Shown in pieces: positions 53,860 to 64,000 of a stretch of 64,000 bases of DNA (positions are counted from its first letter, which is position 1; each line of letters begins with the position of its first letter). The notes below the pieces were generated by a model. That model ran no database searches. It saw only the letters and a list, made by a program, of their open reading frames with translations, and had not been told where the DNA came from. The stretch comes from Octopus vulgaris (Eukaryota), in assembly GCA_951406725.2 (NCBI GenBank), contig OX597817.1, positions 114,576,001-114,640,000 of the forward strand. The letters are read 5' to 3'. The translations under genes and the position numbers were made by a program.

Positions 53860-54030
53860 TTTATTATTTTACATTATTTACATTATTTTCATTATTTACA
53901 TTTGAGGGATATTTGTCCTCATCTTGTTTGTTGTTAACACATTGTTTCGGCTGATGTACCCTCCAGCCTTCTTCAGGTGTCTTGGAGAAATTTTAAACCT
54001 GGGTTCTCATTCCTAAGGTATTTTTCGATG

Positions 54031-54095
<65 letters not shown>

Positions 54096-54168
54096 GATCA
54101 GGTCACTGCTTGGAATTGAACTCGAAATCTTGGGGTTTGTAGCCCGTGCTCTTAACCACTACACCATA
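53860..54168 (-). mobile_element. tRNA-head/(AAT)n/hammerhead SINE, copy 3
   Basis: TGGTGTAGTGG A box, GAGTTCAATTCC B box, ACAC-CTGAAGA-A-GGCTG..CAGCC-GAAA-CAAT-GTGT at 53937-53980, (TGTAAATAA)n end. Confidence 0.85.
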
Positions 54169-54384
54169 TAGTTGTATAGTTCCTCCTCAAAGGGTGGATG
54201 GTGTCAGTTTAAATCCATGCTTTTTTTGAGAATCATTTGTTTTACCATTTTTTGAGTTGAACGTCTTTGGACAGCAACTCTATCTAAGACCATATTTTGA
54301 AATTGAAACTTACATATATAGCAATTTTACACACACATACTCATGCATGCACACACATGCACACATACACATACACACACACAA

Positions 54385-54434
<50 letters not shown>

Positions 54435-54716
54435 TGTGTATATGTGTATGTATTTATATTTGTATGTGTACATAAACACAGTATAGCAAGCTAGAAAATG
54501 AGTACTAAAATCTGGAATGGTAGATAAACAGTTCTTTCTATAGAATATATTCATTATTTCTTTGGTTACAAAGGTTTCCTTCTGAAATATATAATTTTCT
54601 TACCGGATTTGAAAATCCCAAGGATACTCTGCCAGTAATGGTTATAAATGAACTCTCAAGCCAAAAACACTATTGAACACAAGCATCATAGTTGTTCAGT
54701 TATTGACCAGTCAACA

Positions 54717-54766
<50 letters not shown>

Positions 54767-54901
54767 TGCTTTTCATTTGTCTTGCTTGCTTACATTTCTG
54801 GTGTTTGCTAAATTTTCTAGAGAACATTTCTTAGTGGTAAGACCATAGCAGATCTACGCCTAGCATTAGGATGCCCACATAGTGGTAATCCCTCTCATAC
54901 G

Positions 54902-54947
<46 letters not shown>

Positions 54948-54952
<5 letters not shown>

Positions 54953-55168
54953 CATCATCATCATCATCATTTAACGTCCGCTTTCCATTCTAGCATGGGT
55001 TGGACGGTTCAACTGGGGTCTGGGGAGCCCGAAGGCTGCACCAGGCCAGTCAGATCTGGCAGTGTTTCTACAGCTGGATGCCCTTCCTAACGCCAACCAC
55101 TCCGAGAGTGTAGTGGGTGATTTTATGTGCCACCGACACAGATGCCAGACGAGGCTGGCGAATGGCCA
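54948..55168 (-). mobile_element. Family D (RTE-tail) element, young
   Basis: CpG-rich copy of the family D motif. Confidence 0.8.
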
Positions 55169-55201
55169 TAATATATATGTATATATATATGTGTGTGTAT
55201 G

Positions 55202-55260
<59 letters not shown>

Positions 55261-55985
55261 ATTTATATATACATGCTTACATGCATACATACATACACAC
55301 AGACACAGAGGCATGACTGAGGTCAAGAAGTATTTTTTTTTCACCATTATGCTTTGGCCTACGAATACCTTGTAAGAAAATTTGCTGGTTGGAAACTGAA
55401 AAAACATGAAGCATTCCATATTACAAGCATGCACACACACACACACACACACCAAATGAGTAGCAACAGGTTGGCCTGATAACCTTCTCAAACCTATAAT
55501 ATCTCAAATAAATATTCCTACACATTAATTTGCCAAACAAATAGGCAGCATTATCAAAGAATGCAAACAGGAGAAATTTAGTATAAGACCAACTGAATTA
55601 TTGAACATTTATGGTGCATTTTGGAGCAGTGGTTCTACCACTTCTCTCCACCATCATTGCTGAAGAAGACAAAGCAGGTTCTATGTGAAGAATGCTGCAA
55701 AATTCCCCTGTTTGAATCGATTTCTTTGTATATTAAAGCTATGATTGGCACCAAAAGTGGACTAACTAATTCTCTATTAAATAATAATTGTTTTTCATTT
55801 AACAAGGTGTTCCCATTGTTTCATCCAATCCCTGTATGTACATATATGTGTACACACACAAACACACACAAACACACAACGTGTGTGTGTGCTTGTGCAT
55901 GAATGCACCTTCATGTTTGTGTTTGTCTTTTGCTGCTTGACAAGCTGTGTTAATTTGTTTACAGCTCAGTAACAGTAACTTAGTT

Positions 55986-56299
55986 TTGTCTGGGGAGAGG
56001 GATTTTCTTTTTGTGCCTCATAATGTAACACACTCACCTGTAAAATTTCCACTTATTCCTTATTTTTATTTTCCTAAAATTTTTGTTGCGTCTTGCAACA
56101 TTTTCAAGACTATTGAAAAGGTTGCAAGACACAATGAAAATTTCAGGAAAATAAAAATAAGGAATAAGTGGAAATTTTACCGGTGAGTGTGTTACATTAT
56201 AAGGCACAAAAAGAAAATTACTCTCCCCAGACACAACAGAATATGCTTCAACACACGAACTCACATAAAGAATCTTGCAAACCAAATCCAAAAACAAAA
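55986..56299. mobile_element. Family G palindromic insertion with 12-bp TSD, inside a SINE B remnant
   Basis: Arms 55987-56107 and 56113-56233; right arm extends to ~56296; AGTAACTTAGTT at 55974-55985 and 56300-56311. Confidence 0.85.
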
Positions 56300-56522
56300 A
56301 GTAACTTAGTTGTTTAACAAAAAGAAACCAAATGAATAAAATAGACTTAATATTGTGTTTGATTTAATTGACTAAAACTCTTTAAATGCAGTGTTCCAGC
56401 ATGGTCACAACCCAGTGAAACAAATATGTGAATATCTTACTTAGAAATATATATACATGTTTGTGTATTTGTGCATGTTTATATGTATGCATGTGTATGT
56501 GTATATATAAATAAATTTATAT

Positions 56523-56587
<65 letters not shown>

Positions 56588-58357
56588 TATATTATATATA
56601 TGTACACACATACATACAATATCACATTTTTTTGTTTTGTTGTGTGTTTTTGTTGTGTATTATATGTATACATGTATACATTTATATATAATTTTATTTT
56701 TATATATATTTATTATTTTATTTTACATTATATGCCATTATATATTATGATGTTATATGTATTTGTGTGTGTTTGCTAGTGATTGACTATATATATTACA
56801 TACACACATGTATATGCACATCTGTGTGTGTATTTCTGCGTGCAAATATATATATATATATATACACATATTTATGGGCAGAAATGTATGTATATCTTTA
56901 TATAGAAACACTAACCCATTCCCTAATACCAAGTGAATGCTTTTAATAACAATGGCTATTGAGTATATTCTATTTAAATTATAGAATTTATACTCCCCTA
57001 AGGTCCTGACTGAAGCTTGCAATATTCATGGCATTTGAATGTAGATTCTTATGAATGAGATTCACTCTATAATAAATATAAATTCTACAGCTTGTTAACA
57101 GACTCAGTCAGTTCAACAAAGAGCTCTAGTCATCTTTACCAACTATTTATATTCTGGAGAAGAAAGTTCCAGCAATATTTTCTCAAGGTAAAAAGAAAGC
57201 ATAATTATGTGTACATGCATATATACATTTCTACACACTCACACAGGCATATACACACTCATATAAATAATATATATATACCTTTGTATTTATGTTCATA
57301 GATATAAATAATATATGTTCCTTTATATTTATGTTCATATATATATATATAATGTATATATATATATATACATATACACACATACACCTACATGTATATG
57401 CTCAATTTATACATACATTTATACACTGTCCCTATATAAAATTATATCCATACACATGTGCATATACTTTATTTATATATATATATGTGTGTGTGTGTGT
57501 GTATGTATGTAAATATGTATGTATGTATCTTTATGTACGTACATTCAGACATGTCCATACAATCAACCAAGCATCAAATCAAAATTTATATGTGTGTTTG
57601 TATGTATGTCTTTCTCTCTTTTTATACACATGCATGCACACACATGTGTGTGTATGTGCCTAATCAGTGCATACATTCCTACATAATAATTTTGGACAAC
57701 CATATTTACTTATAGACATACATCACAAATGTGTCACTAACATTGTGTAAGTGTGTGCATATATGTGTGTATGTATTTGTGTATATACATATATGCACAC
57801 ACATACATATCTACACATAAATACAAACACACACACACATACACTCATACACACACATGCACACGCTCACACATACACACATACACACTTCTTTGCTTCT
57901 GAAAAGTTGTGCAGCGTATTATTAAAAGTTTGATATGGTTTATTCTTCCAGAGTCTTTTCTCGCTGTTAAAGTCTCATTATTATATATTTAGTCAGAATC
58001 AGAATGGAGATGTCCGCACTGCATGTATTTTAGTTTTTAAAATGGAAACAGTATTTGGCAATAAAACTGCAAAGACACACGAATAACGAATAACGTAATG
58101 TCCTGAGGTGGTCTTGGAGAGACATTTATTAAATGTTTGATATGAGTTATCTTTAAGCCTTCAATGCCAGTTAAAGTCATAATTTGTTATATATTTAAAA
58201 CTGGCCAAAGATTACCAGTTTGTACTTTGACAGCTACAATGGTCAGACAATTGGCCTGTGGGATAGGTTGCTGATATATTTCATTGTTTCTGACAAAATT
58301 ATTTGCTGGCTTTTTTTAAATAATCACACTAGTGGTGGTAGTAGTAGTAGTAGTAGT

Positions 58358-58424
<67 letters not shown>

Positions 58425-58462
58425 ATTGTGATGATGAAGGCAGTGATTACTGTTGTTATTGT

Positions 58463-58675
58463 CGGGCTGGCAGAATCGTTAGCACGCCGGGCAAAATGCC
58501 TAGCAGTATTTCGTCTGTCGTTATGTTCTGAGTTTGAATTCCGCCGAGGTTGACTTTGCCTTTCATCCTTTCGGGGTCGATAAATAAAGTACCAGTTTCG
58601 CACTGGGGTCGATGTAATCGACTTAATCCCTTTGTCTGTCCTCGTTTGTCCCCTCTGTGGGCAATAAAGAAATAT
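58463..58675 (+). mobile_element. SINE family A
   Basis: GCTGGCAGAATCGTTAGCACGCCGGGC...AATAAAGAAATA. Confidence 0.88.
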
Positions 58676-59142
58676 ATTGTCTCCTTAACATCCACTTTCC
58701 CATTCTTGCTTGGTTCAGATGGAGTTTATTGAAGTGGATTCTCTACAGCTGGATGCTCTTTCTGTTGCCTACCTTCACTCATTTGAAAGCAAAATAATAT
58801 TTTCCCAAGACCAGGCATGTTTCCGCAGAACATAGGAAATGAAGTGAATAATGCCGCTTGTGTGACAGGGAAACTCATATCCAACTAATAACTAATACAT
58901 GTTGTCAAGACAAGGAGACACAAGCATGCACACACACACACACACACAGGCACATACACAAACAACATACACATATTAGACAGGCTTCCACACAGTTTCT
59001 GTCTACTAAATTGATTCTTAAGGAATTGATCTGATGATGCTATAGTTGAAAACACTTGCCCAATGTGCCATGCAGTGGGATTGAACTCACAGCTGTATGG
59101 TTGCAAACTGAGCTTCACAACCACACAGCCTGTGCCTGTATA

Positions 59143-59470
59143 GAGGACCCCCTTCGGTCATGAATGACCATGAGATTGCGCCTAGAAAATTACCCTCTGA
59201 GGCACAAGTCCAGGCAAAGTTGTTTACGGAAGATCAACAGTCACCCCTGCATGCCAGGCTCCCCTTTCAATGCCACCAATGTTATCCAAGGGAAAGGCAA
59301 AGGACGATACAGCTTGGCACACCAGTGACATTGCAACTCATTCCTACAACTGAATGAACTGTAGCAACATGAAATAAAGTGTCCTGCTCAAGAACACAAC
59401 ACATAGCCCGATCCAGGAATTGAACTCACTACCTCATGATTGTGAGCCTGACATTCTAACCATTGAGCCA
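59143..59470 (-). mobile_element. SINE family C variant
   Basis: CCAGGAATTGAACTC B box on minus and CORE-like segment; preceded by a SINE B half at 58980-59135. Confidence 0.7.
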
Positions 59471-59857
59471 AACACACACACATACATACACATCATAGCA
59501 TCATATAACATCATAGTATTATTAGCCCTACATGTTTAGATATATTTAGGTGCACATAACTTTGAGCAATCATAGTCGTTCGTTATTATAATGAATATAT
59601 ATAACAAATATGTTGTCTTTATGAAGATATAATTGTATACTAAATCTATTAGACTTAACAAGTATCTCTACATTTTTGAGGCTTTTTTTTTACAGTGAAG
59701 CCACAGAGTTCTATCTAGCTTTATTAATAAATTATAATGAGAAGAAAAATAATTAATAGTAGTAGAAATTATTCTTCCAAAATAACAAGGGACAGAACTT
59801 CCAAAATTTCAGTTGATCAAATATGAAATGTGAATATACACTAAGATATCCGCATAG

Positions 59858-60020
59858 GTGTAGGTGAGGCTGTGTGGTAAGAAAATTTGATTCTCAATCA
59901 CATGTTTTTGGGTTCAGTTCCAGTGTTGCACCTTGGGCAAGTCTCTACTACTTTAGCCTCAGGCTGATGAAAGCCTTGAAAGTGGATTTGGTAGACAGAA
60001 ACTGAAAGAAGCCCATCGTG
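59858..60020 (+). mobile_element. SINE family B 5' half
   Basis: GGCTGTGTGGTAAG...CCTTGGGCAAG...AAACTGAAAGAAGCCC. Confidence 0.75.
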
Positions 60021-61209
60021 TATGTATGTATATATATATGTTTATATCTACTGGGGGAGGGAGCTTAACCTTCAGCAATTATAACGACAACTTCATATAT
60101 GTTTTGGTTTTATTTTAACTCTTTGGGTTGGTGAGTCAGAAGAATTGATTGAAGTATCTGGCAGCATTCTTTCTATATCTTGTTATATCGCTGTCTTTCT
60201 GTATTAACTAGACTGTTGGATGTTGTTATACAACGCTGGTCACAATGCACTTTCTTGCATTGTTGTACCTTTTGAATGATGCCACCTCACTTGCTAGACA
60301 GGCAGGTAGGCAGACAGGTCAATATTCCTCATGAACAGAATGCCAGTCTGTTGCAGGGTTATCCATTTACAGCCAAGTGGACTGAGGCAATGTGGAATGA
60401 AGCCTTTAACTAAAAAATGCAGTAAACCTCTGGTCAGAGAATTGAAACCACAATCTTGCAATCTTGAGTGCAATATCCTAACAACTAGGGCTCATCCCTT
60501 CACATTTTGTTATATTGCATTTACTATATCTTGTTAAATACAGTGAATGTTTTTTCACTGACTCCATCCATATGAGAATAAGAAATATTAAATCTACCTT
60601 AGTGTGAGTTGAAAACATAACTGTGAAATACTGAATAAGATACTGTAGAGTATTTATCCTAAATCCTTGCTGTCACACCAATTCAAGTACCTAGGTAATT
60701 TGGAAGTTCTGAATAGTGATCCAACCTTTGTTATTAAATGGAAAAAAATAATCTGTATGGTATTGCTATTGTGTAAGTTATTGTTAACCCTTTCAGAACA
60801 GGAGTCATCACATAAATAGGTTTTTATTTCCCTTTGCAGTGTATGCCTTCATAAATCGGAAGCTATTATCTCTTATCCTTTCAATCTCCATTAAGATTAG
60901 ATTTTCTATGATGCGAACATATGTGCAGGAAGTATTTTATGGTAATATATAGAAGGTCTGAAAACTGCATTGAAAAACCTATAAAAGTTATCATTCTTAG
61001 GGCTTCAATTAAAGCTAGATGAAAATTGTCTGCCGTTAGTTGAAAATAGGAAAATAGGATTCATGCTTAAAGAGGTATATTGTAAGTTAGCTGAATCTTT
61101 GCCTGTAGTTGTTGTAGAAGTAGCTTAAAGTACTTTTCGGTAATAAAAGAAAGTCTCTTCCTTCCTTTCTCTTTCTCTCTCTCTCTAAACACACATACGC
61201 ATGCATGCA

Positions 61210-61258
<49 letters not shown>

Positions 61259-62346
61259 TCTGTGTCTATTTTTTATACTTCAGTATTAGCACTGATTGGT
61301 TTGGGGATTAAACGTGTATGTACCTGTTATTTTATACAAACATAATACTGCTTGATTTACAGTACAAGGAACCTGAGCCAAAGAGGGAGGTGGGGATAGG
61401 ATGTCAGCGTGATTACTTGACCTGGTAGAAATAACAGCCAATCTACCTCCAATCATAACCTACCATTTTAAATATAGTCATATTGAATAATGTACTCCCT
61501 GATATAGGTTGATTGAATCATAGATCTACTGGATAGGGTCGACCTGGTGTTAAACAGTTGCAATAAAAGAAGTCTTAGATGTTTTGACACTGAAGGTCTC
61601 ATAAGTGAATTAGCAACAGAAGAAGCTCAAACTGAATCAAATGCAGGCATCAAATGTAATTCACATAACTCAATACTGCATTCATTTGTGCATTTTATTT
61701 TTCTTACATTTGATTGCTTTTTTTTTTTTTCATGGAGAAGTAAGTGGAATGGGCTTGTTTTTTTACTGTTTAGCTAGAGAGGTAAGGACAACCTCATGAT
61801 CCTTTAATTCTTTCAGAGCCTCTAAAACTGCTGGGAAGAAGCGAGGAAGTTATCCTCAAACTGGAGGCCTGCTCTGAATGCTTGTTAAAGTCAGTCAACA
61901 GTCAGGTGGTGGTCTAATGTCAGCTGATGGATTATATCTCCTACCCCAAAATCCAGAATGCTAAAAGCTAGAACAAATACCACCAAGTACCTTGCTTGGC
62001 ATTCTACTAATTTCACCAATCCATCGTGCTTGATCTTGGAGAAAATAATCAAAGTGATATTTCAGTTTCATCCATACACACCAGCAATCTAAGTGAGTCT
62101 GGCTGGAATGTATTATTGTAATGCATGAATTTTGAACAGGTGTGGAGTGATGATCTAGTTGATCATTGCATTAATGCCTTTTTTAGTGATGTGGGTCTAA
62201 CAAAACTTTTTAATAAAGCTTAGTGAGTATTTTCTTCAGCTTTTTCCTGAAGAAATTTTTGTCATGATTGTTGGGATTTTATGTAATTATGTAGATTGTA
62301 GAAAGGCTTTCTGGTGTATTTTATAGTTCTCAGATACAGTCGTTTG

Positions 62347-62574
62347 GGCGAGTTGGCAGAAACGTTAGCACGCCGGACGAAATGCTTAGTGGTATATAGT
62401 CTGTCTTTACATTCTGAGTTCAAATTCCACCGAGGTTGACTTTGCCTTTCATCCTTTTGGGATCAATGAATTAAGTAACAGTTACGCACTGGGGTCAATG
62501 TAATCGACTTAATCCCTTTGTCTGTCCTTGTTTGTCCCCTCTATGTTTAGCCCCTTGTGGGCAATAAAGAAATA
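62347..62574 (+). mobile_element. SINE family A with degenerate 15-bp TSD
   Basis: AGATACAGTCGTTTG 62332-62346 vs AGATTCAGCCGTTTG 62575-62589. Confidence 0.88.
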
Positions 62575-63324
62575 AGATTCAGCCGTTTGATTACCTAAAA
62601 TAGCCATAGAATTTGAACCCACTTCATCAGACTTTGTGTATTTAAATTATGATAAAGCATTAGAGTATTAAATGGAAAGTAAAAATGAGTGAACTCAATA
62701 TTAAACAGGTGAATATATTGGTTCATTTGTTTAAATATGTAGACTCACCTTTTGTTTGAGTATGTGGACTTGTGCTGGATATTAATAGAGTATATTTGTA
62801 TCTTACTGAATAAGTATAAATTAAAGTGTGTATATTGTTTTCAAGAGCTGGTCGAATTGTAAGTAAATAAAAGCCTAACTTCACTGCATTCTGTTTCAAA
62901 CTGTCGGTATACTTTGAGAATTATCAATAAGACCACAAGGTTACTATTAATATAACAACAAAATGTATATGCCAACAAGGTAATACCACCTTCATTACAT
63001 ATATGGGGGAGATGATGACCTGTTTTGGGATGTTTTTCTGGTGCTGTTGTGCAACTTGTATGATACAGAGATAACTGGAACACAAATTCAGCTCTGAGAT
63101 GAGAAATTGATTCCCAGAAACTGATATCTTGCAGATATATATGAAATCACCTATTTGTAATCATCTTTCTTGTAATCAACTTATCTTGTGATATGACAAC
63201 AGGTGAAAGACAGTTACAACAAATAAGACCACATAAATAATTCACACCAACAGTCTTAGCATCTAGCATTATCCAAATTTATGCTGTAGTTATTTCTATA
63301 AATTTTATACAGGTTCTATGCATG

Positions 63325-63665
63325 ACCTTGCTTCCCAAACACATGGTTTTGGGTTCTATCCCACTGTGTGGTACCTTGGACAAGTGTCTTCTACTATAGC
63401 CCCAGACTAACTGAAGCCTTATGAATGGATCTGGTACATAGAAACTGAAAGAAACTTGTTATATATGTGTGTGTGTATGTGTGTCTTTGTGTTTGTGCCC
63501 CACTACTGCTTGACAGCTGGTGTTGTTTTGTTTACATCCCCATAGAGATGAATAGAATAAGTACCAGACTTAAAAATAACTACTGGGGTTGATTTTCTTT
63601 TACTAAACATGTGATGCCTCAGCATGGTTGCAATCCAATGACCAAAACAAGTAAAAGATAAAAGA
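63325..63665 (+). mobile_element. SINE family B
   Basis: CTTGCTTCCC...CCTTGGACAAGTGTCTTC...AAACAAGTAAAAGATAAAAGA. Confidence 0.8.
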
Positions 63666-63902
63666 ATATTTGTCTTGCATTAAAATCTACAGTTAGGATT
63701 AGAAGATGTACATGGAGAATGTATTACAAGAATTTAAGTGTTAATAAATCTTAATCTTTGTTTTTCAAACTCAAGTCACTAGCCACTCTGAATTACTCCC
63801 CTTAGCTCATTTATATTTTAATTATGCAAATTTCCCAAGACCACTTCTCTTTATCTCAGCCCTTTCTCTGCTTGTCTGGAGGTAGGGCAACTGTTGTGTT
63901 TG

Positions 63903-64000
63903 CCCTTTAGCATTCAGATTTCTTATTTATTCACATTGTTTTGAATTAATCATGCATCATCTTGTGGTTTCAAGATTTCGATGATATGATTGTATATTTT
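63903..64000. mobile_element. piggyBac-type MITE end, cut by the window edge
   Basis: CCCTTTAGCATTCAGATT...TTATTCACATTGTTTTGAATTAATCATGCAT, reverse complement of the 27.5-kb end. Confidence 0.7.

Larger units (their letters stand above)
51600..54250 (-). pseudogene. Decayed Penelope-like retroelement (Neptune-type), RT plus Cys-rich linker before the GIY-YIG endonuclease
   Basis: In order on minus: KHGFK..PFEEELY, GDKN.NL, LKDQK/NFDSDPTIRLICLPKSDIGSISK, FIQLDISSYYST, FFNIEMESNDSVQVTDLV, LYRHGALS, VNFLDTSFSL..YVNRKSSH, LDRHFPKSNRYHKIFNRHTMKLSY, CNCKNRSACPLGNECL; interrupted by SINE insertions. Confidence 0.88.

Noticed and set aside
54562-54664. Minus-strand hammerhead-like (UUGG...GAAAC-CUUU-GUA-ACCAA)
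   Set aside because: No CUGANGA core and no clear stem II
61817-61905. Plus-strand exon candidate (PLKLLGRSEEVILKLEACSECLLK)
   Set aside because: Good acceptor but weak donor and no recognisable protein

Overview
AT-rich, microsatellite-dense eukaryotic DNA, most likely an intergenic or intronic stretch of an octopus (coleoid cephalopod) genome. The species call is an inference from the recurring tRNA-derived SINE families and the repeat landscape. I find no intact protein-coding gene: the ORF track is almost entirely microsatellite or SINE read-through. Recognisable coding remnants all come from transposons: a decayed Neptune-type Penelope-like element (PLE, ~51.6-54.25 kb, minus), a 2.1-kb internally deleted Helitron with STPR repeats and a Zn-finger (48.2-50.3 kb) plus a 301-bp non-autonomous relative, and 3' fragments of RTE, CR1 and R4/Dong-type LINEs. 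The most interesting signal is a set of minimal type-I hammerhead ribozyme motifs in at least five unrelated short repeats. One is a tRNA-headed SINE (Pol III head + (AAT)n + hammerhead tail) that inserted as a TSD-flanked head-to-head palindrome, as expected for PLE mobilisation. Another TSD-flanked palindromic element carries a putative U3-A8 compensatory hammerhead variant. Family labels A-G are my own working names, and boundaries of decayed repeats are approximate (tens of bp).
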